From positions 1,031,829 through 1,095,828 of the forward strand of contig OZ246405.1 in assembly GCA_965231005.1 (NCBI GenBank): a stretch of 64,000 bases of DNA, read 5' to 3'. Both the position numbers and the translations under genes were made by a program. This DNA is from an uncultured Gammaproteobacteria bacterium (GTDB lineage: Bacteria > Patescibacteriota > Patescibacteriia > Magasanikbacterales > UBA922). Below, piece by piece: positions 18,036-27,355 of the stretch. The notes below the pieces were generated by a model. That model searched no databases, was not told the DNA's origin, and saw only the letters and a program-made list of their open reading frames with translations. Each line of letters starts with the position of its first letter. Position 1 is the first letter of the stretch.

Positions 18036-19952
18036 CTACTGTAGCAACTGAAACTGTAGTAATAGCTCTTGGAGCCGCTTCTTGTCCCCACTCTTTTCTG
18101 CAGTTGCAATATCGTGCTGAAGCCGTAGACGTTCTTGGTACAACCATTCATCATGAATGTGTTTAATAACTTGCTCAATATCTTCTTTTGCATTTCTCTG
18201 GGTAAAACCAGGAAATAGTAAATCTGACTTAAGAAGTAATTTATCAAACGTCTCAGCAGTGCTCCCCTGTTCTAGGGATGCACGAAACTGCTCAATATCT
18301 ATAGAGCTATCAAGAGTATACTGCTTTTTGATCATTTCGTAAAGCCCCACATACTGTGATGTGGATAATGTGGTTTCGAGCTTCGTACACCAGTCTTCTG
18401 GAAACAACCCATGGAATCGAATCCACAGCGCAAATATTCTCTCATGAAGCTGCTCTAAACGATCACTTTGTTTCTTTTCTTTTTGAATAATTCGTGGTGT
18501 CTCACTCTTGGCAACATGTGTTGCTGTATGAACATCTGCTTTTTGACTTTTTGCAACACGCGCTAAATCCTGACGCAGTACTGCTACATCAACATGAAGT
18601 CTCCCTGCTAATTCTTGCAACCAATGATCTTGTTCAACCGCATGAGGAATTCTTGCAATTTCCTGAAGAATCTCATTTGCTATTGCTTGTTTCTGTCGAG
18701 GATCATTGATATCTTTATGCTTAAATGCAGTATCAAGATACCACTGCATAATATCTTGCGCACTATCTACTGCTTCGAACCATGCATGCTTATTTTTACG
18801 AATACACTCATCTGGATCTTTTCCTGCGCCTTCTGGAATCTGAATAACACGAACATGCATTCCTGCAGCAAGTGCCAAATCAATCCCCCGCTTTGCAGCT
18901 TTTATTCCTGCAGCATCCCCATCAAACGCTGCATATAAATTATTTGAATATCTTTTTAATAATGTAATTTGATGTTCTGTAAGTGCTGTACCACTACTTG
19001 CACAAACATTTGTCATACCAGCTTGATGCGATGCAATAACATCTGTTTGTCCTTCCGTAATAACTGCAATATTTTTTTGTCGTATACTTTTCTTTGCTTT
19101 ATTCAATCCAAATATAACCCGGGATTTATCATATACAAGTGTTTGTGGGGTATTTACATATTTTCCACCACTTTTTTCTGTTTCCACCAATACTCTTCCA
19201 GTGAAACCAACAACAACATCGTGCACATCACAAATTGGAAACATAATGCGTCCTCTGAAACGATCATAAAATCCCTTTCCACTTTTTGAATCTGCACCCT
19301 CTCTTTTGATTGTTAAGCCAGACGCAACAAGGTCATCTATGCTATATCCTTTTTTTAATAAATATTTTGTTAACAAATCCCATTGATCTGGAATAAATCC
19401 TATTTGCCATGATTGGATTGTTTCCTGTGTGAGTCCACGCTCAGACAAATATTCACGAGCTGCTTTTGATGCATCCATCTTCATCAATACATTGTGAAAA
19501 AATACTGCAGCAACCTGATTAATTTCTTTTATTCTGTTTCTTTCATTACTTTTGTAATCACTCTGTTTTTGTGTCAATTCAATGCCTGCACGATCTGCTA
19601 AAAATTTTAGTGCTTCAATAAAATCCATGCCTTCAATTTCTTGTACAAATTCAAAAATGTCACCACCCTTACTGCAACCAAAACAATGCCAACGCTGCCG
19701 TTCTGCACTTACCATAAACGAAGGACTTTTTTCCTTATGAAATGGACAAAGTCCTTTTTTGTTGACACCAGCAGGTTTGAGCTGAACATATTCACTAATA
19801 AAACCTACGATGTCAATATTGTCTTTTATGCGCTGTGTGTCGCTCATAGTACACTTACAGTAGCTTAATATTGATGAAAGATCAAGTTGAGAATTTCTGC
19901 CTAGCCTGCTATTATAGAAAGGATTAATTTTAATGCTAGACCTTATATGCAC
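18036..19952 (-). CDS. dnaG: DNA primase
   Basis: CPFHKEKSPSF...CFGC zinc finger, TOPRIM ITEGQTDVIA. GTG start. It sits directly upstream of rpoD (MMS operon order). Confidence 0.9.
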   Translation of the reverse strand: MHIRSSIKINPFYNSRLGRNSQLDLSSILSYCKCTMSDTQRIKDNIDIVGFISEYVQLKPAGVNKKGLCPFHKEKSPSFMVSAERQRWHCFGCSKGGDIFEFVQEIEGMDFIEALKFLADRAGIELTQKQSDYKSNERNRIKEINQVAAVFFHNVLMKMDASKAAREYLSERGLTQETIQSWQIGFIPDQWDLLTKYLLKKGYSIDDLVASGLTIKREGADSKSGKGFYDRFRGRIMFPICDVHDVVVGFTGRVLVETEKSGGKYVNTPQTLVYDKSRVIFGLNKAKKSIRQKNIAVITEGQTDVIASHQAGMTNVCASSGTALTEHQITLLKRYSNNLYAAFDGDAAGIKAAKRGIDLALAAGMHVRVIQIPEGAGKDPDECIRKNKHAWFEAVDSAQDIMQWYLDTAFKHKDINDPRQKQAIANEILQEIARIPHAVEQDHWLQELAGRLHVDVAVLRQDLARVAKSQKADVHTATHVAKSETPRIIQKEKKQSDRLEQLHERIFALWIRFHGLFPEDWCTKLETTLSTSQYVGLYEMIKKQYTLDSSIDIEQFRASLEQGSTAETFDKLLLKSDLLFPGFTQRNAKEDIEQVIKHIHDEWLYQERLRLQHDIATAEKSGDKKRLQELLLQFQLLQ

Positions 19953-20612
19953 CTAGGAAAATACAAACATTTAGATACAATTACTGTTCTTTTTGTAGCA
20001 GTTTTGCTTATTTCAAATATTGCTGCAACAAAAATTACAACGCTTGGTCCATTTACATTTGATGCGGGGACACTGTTGTTTCCACTTGCTTATATTTTTG
20101 GTGACATTCTTACAGAAGTATATGGGTATAAAAAATCCAGAAGAGTTATCTGGCTTGGTTTTCTTTCTACGATTCTAATGTCTGCTATTTTTATGATAGT
20201 TGCAAAACTTCCTGCGGCTGCAGACTGGCCATTTCAAGAGGATTACATGAATATTTTAGGATACACACCACGTATTGTCTTTGCAAGTTTGATTGCATAT
20301 CTTGCAGGTGAATTTTCAAATGCAACGATTCTTGCAAAAATGAAAGTAAAAATGAAAGGACGTCACCTGTGGGCAAGAACAATTGGTTCTACTATTGTTG
20401 GACAAGGAATCGACACACTTCTTTTTGTTGTTATTGCTTTTGGAGGTGTGTTCCCTATTTGGGCCATGATTGTATCAAACTACATTTTTAAGACATTGGT
20501 CGAAGTAATATTCACACCAATAACATATGCAGTTGTGAACTTTCTTAAAAAATCTGAACATGAAGATGTGTTTGATAAACACACATCGTTCAATCCGTTT
20601 TCTTCAAGATAA
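19947..20612 (+). CDS. Queuosine-precursor transporter (YhhQ/DUF165 family)
   Basis: Six TM helices. FGDILTEVYGY and RxWA motifs typical of YhhQ. Confidence 0.65.
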   Translation: MHLGKYKHLDTITVLFVAVLLISNIAATKITTLGPFTFDAGTLLFPLAYIFGDILTEVYGYKKSRRVIWLGFLSTILMSAIFMIVAKLPAAADWPFQEDYMNILGYTPRIVFASLIAYLAGEFSNATILAKMKVKMKGRHLWARTIGSTIVGQGIDTLLFVVIAFGGVFPIWAMIVSNYIFKTLVEVIFTPITYAVVNFLKKSEHEDVFDKHTSFNPFSSR

Positions 20613-20615
20613 ATC

Positions 20616-21071
20616 TTAGAATTTCAACAAACCCATTTCTACTGCACTTTTCCCCCATCCATACCCATGATTGTTTTCCCCAGTTGAGCGTGCAATTGCT
20701 TGCTCTTCTGTCAAACAAGTAAGCACACCAAAGATAACTGGTGTATCTGCTAATGTGTTAATGTCCATGATCCCTTTTGAAACAGCTTCTGAAATATATT
20801 CAAAATGAACTGTTTCTCCTTTTATTAGTAGACCAATACAGACAACCACATCAATATCATTTTTATTAGCAAGTTGCTTTGCAGCAAATGGAAGCTCAAA
20901 TGATCCTGGAACTTCGACAATAGTAATATTGTCTTTTTTTACTTGTGAATGCTCAAGTGCTTGAATACATCCATCAAGTAATTTCTTTGTTATTGCAGAA
21001 TTCCAACGAGCAACAACAATTCCTATACGAAGATTTGATCCGTCCATTTGTGAAAAAGATATTTTTTTCAT
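20616..21071 (-). CDS. ribH: 6,7-dimethyl-8-ribityllumazine synthase
   Basis: LRIGIVVARWN...VPGSFELP motifs. The ORF-track N-terminal extension up to 21209 is spurious. The start is at MKKISFSQ. Confidence 0.85.
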   Translation of the reverse strand: MKKISFSQMDGSNLRIGIVVARWNSAITKKLLDGCIQALEHSQVKKDNITIVEVPGSFELPFAAKQLANKNDIDVVVCIGLLIKGETVHFEYISEAVSKGIMDINTLADTPVIFGVLTCLTEEQAIARSTGENNHGYGWGKSAVEMGLLKF

Positions 21072-21110
21072 ATAAATAATTAGCAAATTTAGATCGAAAT
21101 TATAATAATT

Positions 21111-21236
21111 CGACCGCACTGTCATTGCGAGGAGCGAACGAAGAGAGCGACGAAGCAATCTAGTGGGAGTTTTCAATAAAATCCCCATGAGATTGCCGCG
21201 GTCGCCCATACGGGCTCCCTCGAAATGACAGTAGGA
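21111..21236 (-). promoter_or_regulatory. GC-rich structured leader between ribE and ribH (possible FMN-riboswitch-like element)
   Basis: 15-bp outer inverted repeat (actgtcattgcgagg ... cctcgaaatgacagt) encloses the hairpins GGGAGTTTTCAATAAAATCCCC and GCCCATACGGGC. Confidence 0.35.
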
Positions 21237-21830
21237 CTAAACTTTAAATTCTATTTGTTTTTGTATGTACTTCGCCAACATGTCTGCTTCAATATTCACT
21301 TTATCACCAATCTTCAGCTGACTCAATGTAGTATGATCCCATGTATATTCAACGAGTGAAACAGTAAATAAAGAGCCACTTGTTTTTGCAATAGTAAGAC
21401 TTACACCATCAACAGCAATAGACCCTTGATTTGCCAAAAAAGGAACAATTGAATCAGAGACTTCAATTGAAAGAAGCCAACTGTCTCCATTTTTTTCGAT
21501 TGATGTAACCGTACCAATTCCATCGACATGTCCAAAGACAAAATGTCCACCAATTTCATCTCCAACTTTGAGTGAGGACTCAAGATTTACCTTATCATCA
21601 ACTTGAATAGTATCCAATGTTGTTTTAGAAATCGTTTCATGCATCACATTGAATGTGAGAATATCATCTTCCTTTTTTGAAACCGTAAGACACACCCCAC
21701 TCACACACACACTTGAACCAAGTTTTACAGTATTAAAAATATCCTTCGCGTGTATGCGAAGAATGATATCTTTTTCACTTTTCTCTTTTTCAAGAATATT
21801 TCCAATTGACTCGACTATTCCTGTAAACAT
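21237..21830 (-). CDS. ribE: Riboflavin synthase alpha subunit
   Basis: MFTGIV start with duplicated lumazine-binding halves. Confidence 0.85.
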   Translation of the reverse strand: MFTGIVESIGNILEKEKSEKDIILRIHAKDIFNTVKLGSSVCVSGVCLTVSKKEDDILTFNVMHETISKTTLDTIQVDDKVNLESSLKVGDEIGGHFVFGHVDGIGTVTSIEKNGDSWLLSIEVSDSIVPFLANQGSIAVDGVSLTIAKTSGSLFTVSLVEYTWDHTTLSQLKIGDKVNIEADMLAKYIQKQIEFKV

Positions 21831-21907
21831 ACATTATATTGCTGTATTGCTAAATGGCTAAATTGCTTTTGTAAATAGGACAATTTAGCAATATAGCCAT
21901 ATAGCAA

Positions 21908-22261
21908 TTATCCTAGTTCGCTCTTAACTTTCTCTATATCTTTCATCATCTTTTCTTTCAACTCATCTACGGTCTTAAACACACCGATATTACTCACTTT
22001 TTTAATAACTTCAACACTCATTTCTTCTCCATATATATCACTATTTTGAAAATCAAGCAAATGTACTTCTATCGTCCACGGATTCTCTCGGATAATTAAT
22101 ATTGCATCATATTGCTGCTGTCCAACAATACTCTGCGCTGCATAAACACCTGGATGAATCTCAATAGCATCTTCTTTTGTGTCGAGATTTGCTGTTGGAA
22201 ACCCAAGATTTTTTCCCTCCCCCTTTCCATGAATAATATTTCCAATAAATGAATAGCTCAT
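21908..22261 (-). CDS. Riboflavin kinase (flavokinase domain only), second copy
   Basis: HGKGEGKNLGFPTANL motif. The start is taken at the internal MSYSF, which abuts the GT4 gene. Confidence 0.65.
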   Translation of the reverse strand: MSYSFIGNIIHGKGEGKNLGFPTANLDTKEDAIEIHPGVYAAQSIVGQQQYDAILIIRENPWTIEVHLLDFQNSDIYGEEMSVEVIKKVSNIGVFKTVDELKEKMMKDIEKVKSELG

Positions 22262-22262
22262 A

Positions 22263-23426
22263 CTATATTTTTTTCTCAAGGAGTCCAGCGTATAGCGCTT
22301 CAAGTTGAGCAGTAATATGATCCCAAGAATATTTTTCAACTGCAACATTTCTTGCACGAATTTTCCATTCTTCTCTATTATTTTCTTCTTTGAAAAATTC
22401 ATCTATGCGCTGTGCAAGTTGCACAGGGCTGTTTGGTGACACTACAACACCGGCATCCATTGCAACAGTTCGTACGCCAGGAAGGTCACTTGCAAGAACA
22501 GGAACACCACTGGCCATAGCTTCCAAGAGCACCATACCAAATGCCTCTCCTCTATGAATAGAAGGAAGCACACACAAATCTCCCATATTATAATACTCTG
22601 GTAATTCTTTATCTGAAACTCTCCCTGCAAATTTTACAAACGAAGAAAGGCCAAACATAGATGCTTGTGCTTCAAACTGCTGACGTAATTCACCATCACC
22701 TACTAATACTGTTTGAAATTCTTTTCCTTCATTTTTTAATAAATGCAATGCCTTCAGCAACACAGGAATTCCTTTAAAATAGTGTGCTGCATCCATTCCT
22801 CCAACAAAAACGAGTACTGGTTTATTAATATCCAAATTATATTTTTCAAATAATTCTTTACTCTTTTCTCTTGGAGCGAATCGATCAACATCTACACCAA
22901 ATGGCAATTGCACTGTCTTCTCAGTTTGCTCTGCAAATATACGTACTGCATCACTTGATTCAATATAATCAAATGAACTTGCAATTAATAAATCTGCACT
23001 GCGAAGAATTTTTGGCATCCAAAATTTTGCATACCATTTAAAAATTAATCCTTTCCAACTTGGTGCACGAGTATCCATGTGATAGGTGATAACTAATTTT
23101 TTCTCAGGATTGCGTTGTTTCCATTTTTTCACAACATTTGCTGTACCAAAGAAAGGATAATGTAAATGAACAATATCAAAATCATCTAGCATTTTTTTTA
23201 CTTCTGGAATGTATGCTGCCTTCCCATACTGAAAACTCGGTTCTAGTTGCCGAGCATAGTTTTGTTTTTCTTGAAAATCTTTTTTTGCTTTTGGAACGTC
23301 GTAAAGTGGTGTCATGACTTCAACCGTATGCCCACGCTCAATAAGATGACTCACAGTTTGTAAGACAACATTTCCCATACCGCCATAGTATGGTGGATAA
23401 GTTGAGACAATGTGTGCGATGTTCAT
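22263..23426 (-). CDS. Glycosyltransferase family 4 (GT-B, group 1)
   Basis: N-terminal MNIAHIVSTYPPYYGGMG and a C-terminal EAFGMVLLEAMASG-type motif. Confidence 0.8.
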   Translation of the reverse strand: MNIAHIVSTYPPYYGGMGNVVLQTVSHLIERGHTVEVMTPLYDVPKAKKDFQEKQNYARQLEPSFQYGKAAYIPEVKKMLDDFDIVHLHYPFFGTANVVKKWKQRNPEKKLVITYHMDTRAPSWKGLIFKWYAKFWMPKILRSADLLIASSFDYIESSDAVRIFAEQTEKTVQLPFGVDVDRFAPREKSKELFEKYNLDINKPVLVFVGGMDAAHYFKGIPVLLKALHLLKNEGKEFQTVLVGDGELRQQFEAQASMFGLSSFVKFAGRVSDKELPEYYNMGDLCVLPSIHRGEAFGMVLLEAMASGVPVLASDLPGVRTVAMDAGVVVSPNSPVQLAQRIDEFFKEENNREEWKIRARNVAVEKYSWDHITAQLEALYAGLLEKKI

Positions 23427-24085
23427 CGTGACTTTGTTTCAAAATCAATAAGATAAAATTCTGGTTCACCAGCTTCATTTAACTCTACATTTCCACTACT
23501 ATCAGTTTTCATCAAAATATTCCGCAAAACAATATCTCTTAATTTTAAATTCTTAGATTCTAATTTTTTCTTAACAGTTTCTTTAAATCGATTGAGAGGA
23601 CCTCTTAATGGAAAACCTACTATTCCACTTTCAATATCGTCTAAATTTCGTTCAAAAAAATCTTCCCATACATCTGATTTTTGCTTTTTAACTTTTTTCA
23701 AAACTTTTTCCATATTCGATTCTACATCATCATCTGGCAAACTTTCAGTAAATTTTCTTACAATAGGCAATAATGTTGATGCTGCCTCTCTTGGATCTAT
23801 TGAATCCCGATTAGGATCAACTTGAAGTTCATCAAATCGAATGTTCAATGTTTCACCATGAAATAGATGATTAAAATAATTTGATAGATGCGCTAAATCT
23901 AATCCGTTTTTACTTAATTGTTCAAAAACATAATCGTCCATGAATTCATCAACAGGCGTCCCTGCAGACCTTGTCGTTTCATCTAGTCGAGAAAACTCCA
24001 CATAATATAGCCGTTCCAATTCAGAAAATAATAACAAACATTCTCTCTGTTTTAGCTCAGCACCTTCAAGCTCTGCTTGATACAC
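23423..24085 (-). CDS. C-terminal fragment of an atypical kinase-fold protein (catalytic-loop/DFE part); second copy, split
   Basis: Ends ...NILMKTDSSGN...FYLIDFETKSR. This is homologous to the C-terminus of 25232..27016. It overlaps the N-fragment ORF by 34 nt in another frame. Confidence 0.5.
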   Translation of the reverse strand: MYQAELEGAELKQRECLLLFSELERLYYVEFSRLDETTRSAGTPVDEFMDDYVFEQLSKNGLDLAHLSNYFNHLFHGETLNIRFDELQVDPNRDSIDPREAASTLLPIVRKFTESLPDDDVESNMEKVLKKVKKQKSDVWEDFFERNLDDIESGIVGFPLRGPLNRFKETVKKKLESKNLKLRDIVLRNILMKTDSSGNVELNEAGEPEFYLIDFETKSR

Positions 24086-25185
24086 GTTTGTGGAATCAAA
24101 CCACCTGATTTTGAATCCAAAACATTTTGAATAAATTTCTGTGTCGGGTCTGGAAGTGGATTATTTCTACCTCCAGAAATAATATCAACAGTCTGACTAG
24201 CAGTGCGAACAGAAAGCTCAATATCAGGTTCCTTATGTTCGCCTTCAAATACTGCAAGTGCCTTATCATATTCTTCTGCTGCCAAATACCTTAACCACTG
24301 TTCAAACATGTCACGAGTTACTTCCATGTTCGTGAGTTGCTTACAACGATTAACCACATCACTATATGCCTTTTTTTCTTTTATTGAATTAAAATCATAA
24401 AATTTTATATCAAGTCCATAAACGTGCAATGAATGAAATATGAGTTTCAACATATCGTAAACTCTTGCTTCTTGTGCTTCTTTTTCTAATTTTAGATTTT
24501 CAAATGAACCTACCGGCTTATAAAGAACATTATCTACTTCTAGCATTTGATCATGTCTGTTTATAGACATTTCATAAACAGATTTAGTGTGCTCCAAGTA
24601 TTCAAATAAAAGATAAGTATTGCCTTTGTCCTCAACAACACCAACAGTCTGTGGAGTCGGAATACCTAATTCTGCTATCTTTTTTGCCAATTCAAACTCT
24701 TCAGTTGGATGTTCAGACTTTTCCTTTTCTACTCTTTTTACTACAACTTTTTTGTCGCCAAAATTAACAATTTTCACTTTAGAAACATCATATCCTTTAT
24801 CTAACAACTCTTCTATGCTCTCCCCAGTTGGTAGTGTCTCCATTGTTTCTTTGCCTCTATCAATATTAGATGCACCCTCAAAAAAAGCTGTTGGATCCTG
24901 AACCATTTTTTGATATTCTTCTGAATCTTTCATATCTTCCCAACCTGGTTCAATCGTTATGGACGTTTCTGCAGATTCATCTTCCTCGTGAAAAATGGGT
25001 TTTTCTTTCATTAAACGTTGAAGACCTTTTCTTTTCTTTGCTTGGGCAAGTATGTTCTTTCTTCTTTCTCTTTGTTCTTCAGACCCAGTTGGTTTTTGTA
25101 AATCAAGAATAACGCGTGAAAGGCGCTTTCTTTTTTCCTGATCTGACGGTTGTTTCCATTTTTTTCCCTCAGGCATATGTGTCAT
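24052..25185 (-). CDS. N-terminal fragment of the same atypical kinase-fold protein (N-lobe); second copy
   Basis: MPEGKKWKQPSDQEKRKRLSRVILDL... and VVKRVEKEK...YLLFEYLEH parallel the intact paralog. Confidence 0.5.
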   Translation of the reverse strand: MTHMPEGKKWKQPSDQEKRKRLSRVILDLQKPTGSEEQRERRKNILAQAKKRKGLQRLMKEKPIFHEEDESAETSITIEPGWEDMKDSEEYQKMVQDPTAFFEGASNIDRGKETMETLPTGESIEELLDKGYDVSKVKIVNFGDKKVVVKRVEKEKSEHPTEEFELAKKIAELGIPTPQTVGVVEDKGNTYLLFEYLEHTKSVYEMSINRHDQMLEVDNVLYKPVGSFENLKLEKEAQEARVYDMLKLIFHSLHVYGLDIKFYDFNSIKEKKAYSDVVNRCKQLTNMEVTRDMFEQWLRYLAAEEYDKALAVFEGEHKEPDIELSVRTASQTVDIISGGRNNPLPDPTQKFIQNVLDSKSGGLIPQTCIKQSLKVLS

Positions 25186-25231
25186 TTACTTTTGTTCTCC
25201 AGTGCGTTCTTTCGCACAACCTGCGCGATGT

Positions 25232-27016
25232 TCATCGTAACTTTGTTTCAAAATCAATAATGTAAAATTGTGCCTTTCCTTGTTCATCCGGTAGTAAATT
25301 TCCTTCATCATCAGTTTTAACAAGAATATTTTTGTTTGTAACATCTTTTAAGACAATACCAGCAGCTTCAGTTTTATTAGCAACATCTTGTTTAAATTTA
25401 TCTAATGGATTACCAAATTCTACGCCTAAATTTCTTTGGTCAATATCATGGATCTCTTCATCAACATACACTTCAAGCTTTGCGATCTTCTCTTGTTTAA
25501 AATCTCTTACAACTGAAAATACTGTTGCAACTCTTTCTGAAAAATCTTCTAAGGTAAGGGCATCGTCTTCAGCATCACACAGTACATTAGATATAGTGTT
25601 AGCAAGCAAATAGTCTGCTGTTAATACTCCGTCTTCTGATCGCGATCTTATGTCACGATTTTCCCCTTTTTCAAATAGCGCAGTCAACCAATTACGAAGA
25701 CTTTCATAATCTACACCCAATTGCGAAAGAACTTCAGCTCGATATTTTATTGATTCAAAAAATGGCGAGTATGTTGTCCGGGTGTGCTGCTTATTATGCT
25801 TTTCTATACCACCTCTTAATTTTGTCTGTAGGCGACCAAGTCTCGCTAGTAATAAAATACAATCTCTTTCTAGAGCCTCTGCGCCATGCAAATCCTTGTT
25901 TTCCATTGATTTGTATGGCAATCGTCTATTTGGTACTCCATGTACATCTCGAAAATAATCAGCATTCATCTTGCTTATACTTGAGGCGATATCCTCTTTT
26001 GAAAATCTCCTTAACGTAGACTCAACAACTGCATTTGCATTTTCTACAGTCAAAGCCGTGCCAGTTTCTCCTTCACCATCTTCTAATTCATCCAATGCAT
26101 CATTATACATTTCAAGGTTATATGACTCAAGCCATTTACGAAATGTTTTCACTGATACACCAGCAGCATTTAATCTTTCACACATTTCCCTTGGGGAATC
26201 TACTTTTTTTCTATCCACAATCGTATCAATTTCCTTTTTTTCAAGGAATCTATGTTGTAAATACATATGAAGATCCATCAAAAGACTGTGAACTGCACTG
26301 ACAATCCGAAGTTGTCTTACCTCTTCATGAGCACTAGGATCTTTAAACGGATAATCTTCATTAGAATATATCATGTCAATCGAATTAGGATACTCACTGC
26401 TATCAATAATTACTTCAAGCGCTGAAACAGTTTCCTCTAAATATTCAAACAAAAGATACGTGTTTCCTTTATCTTCGATTGTTCCAACGGGTGCAGCAGT
26501 GGGAATACCTAACCCTTGAATTTTTTTTGCCAAGTCAAATTCTTCTAATGAATATGCGACCTTCTTTTCATCAACCCTTTTCACAACAATTTGCTTATCT
26601 CCAAATTTGACTACCCTAACCCTTGATACATCATATGGTTTATCAAATAGTTCTCCAATTGTTTTACCGGTTGGCAATTTTTTAGTAGTTAATTCTCCTC
26701 TATCAATTAACGCTGCTGATTCAAAAAAACCTGTTGGATTCTCTAACATTTTTTTGTATTCATCTGAATCTTGAATATCTTGCCAATCAGACTCAATATG
26801 AATTGATTGTTCAGCAGTTTCATCTTCTTCATGAAAGAACGGCTTTTCTTTTAATAATCGTTGCAATCCTTTTCTCTCTTTTGCTTGTTCAAGAATTTTT
26901 TCTCTCCGCTCTCCCTGCTCTGCTGACCCTGGCTGATTCAAATCAAGAATAACACGTGAAAGTCGCTTTCTTTTTTCTTCATCTGATGGTGGTCTCCATT
27001 TTTTTCCCTCAGGCAT
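25232..27016 (-). CDS. Atypical protein-kinase-like fold protein (RIO/Kdo-kinase-like N-lobe and catalytic motifs), intact 594-aa copy
   Basis: VVKRVDEKK (beta3 Lys), YLLFEYLEE hinge, NKNILVKTDDEGN catalytic-loop-like, and IIDFETK (DFG-like). Confidence 0.5.
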   Translation of the reverse strand: MPEGKKWRPPSDEEKRKRLSRVILDLNQPGSAEQGERREKILEQAKERKGLQRLLKEKPFFHEEDETAEQSIHIESDWQDIQDSDEYKKMLENPTGFFESAALIDRGELTTKKLPTGKTIGELFDKPYDVSRVRVVKFGDKQIVVKRVDEKKVAYSLEEFDLAKKIQGLGIPTAAPVGTIEDKGNTYLLFEYLEETVSALEVIIDSSEYPNSIDMIYSNEDYPFKDPSAHEEVRQLRIVSAVHSLLMDLHMYLQHRFLEKKEIDTIVDRKKVDSPREMCERLNAAGVSVKTFRKWLESYNLEMYNDALDELEDGEGETGTALTVENANAVVESTLRRFSKEDIASSISKMNADYFRDVHGVPNRRLPYKSMENKDLHGAEALERDCILLLARLGRLQTKLRGGIEKHNKQHTRTTYSPFFESIKYRAEVLSQLGVDYESLRNWLTALFEKGENRDIRSRSEDGVLTADYLLANTISNVLCDAEDDALTLEDFSERVATVFSVVRDFKQEKIAKLEVYVDEEIHDIDQRNLGVEFGNPLDKFKQDVANKTEAAGIVLKDVTNKNILVKTDDEGNLLPDEQGKAQFYIIDFETKLR

Positions 27017-27021
27017 ATATA

Positions 27022-27354
27022 TTATTTATTTTTATTATCAAGTGCATTCTTGCGTACAACCGTCGTTACATCTCTTCCAAGAGATTCAATTTTAATATGA
27101 AGCCGAAATACAAGATAAAAAAGAACTGCAATAGATGTATACAAAATAAAATCAGCACCACGACCAATGCCAAACATTTTTGCAATTTGTGCTGCACTTT
27201 CTGGCCACAATACAACCACAATGACTGCAAGCCAAAATATAATCCAAAATATTGTTCCTTTTGGACCAAGGAGTCCTTCCTTTCTTTTTTTATACACCGA
27301 TACAACAGTAAACACTGCAAAGAGGACGAAGAGGAGTTGAAAAAGAAATAACAT
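27022..27354 (-). CDS. DUF2304-family small membrane protein (partner of GT2 enzymes)
   Basis: FWIIFWL...GIGRGADFILY motif. It sits immediately downstream of a GT2 gene. Confidence 0.6.
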   Translation of the reverse strand: MLFLFQLLFVLFAVFTVVSVYKKRKEGLLGPKGTIFWIIFWLAVIVVVLWPESAAQIAKMFGIGRGADFILYTSIAVLFYLVFRLHIKIESLGRDVTTVVRKNALDNKNK

Positions 27355-27355
27355 A

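Noticed and set aside
20616-21209. Long N-terminal extensions on ribH (also on the GIY-YIG gene 59927..60274, Nudix 54789..55616, MFS 50060, secreted protein 52859, cdd 12640, tal 9847, ATP-grasp 38463)
   Set aside because: The extensions overlap structured spacers, tRNA flanks or neighbouring genes. They begin at TTG/GTG or upstream ATGs without an RBS. Internal ATGs with an RBS or homolog-length agreement were preferred.
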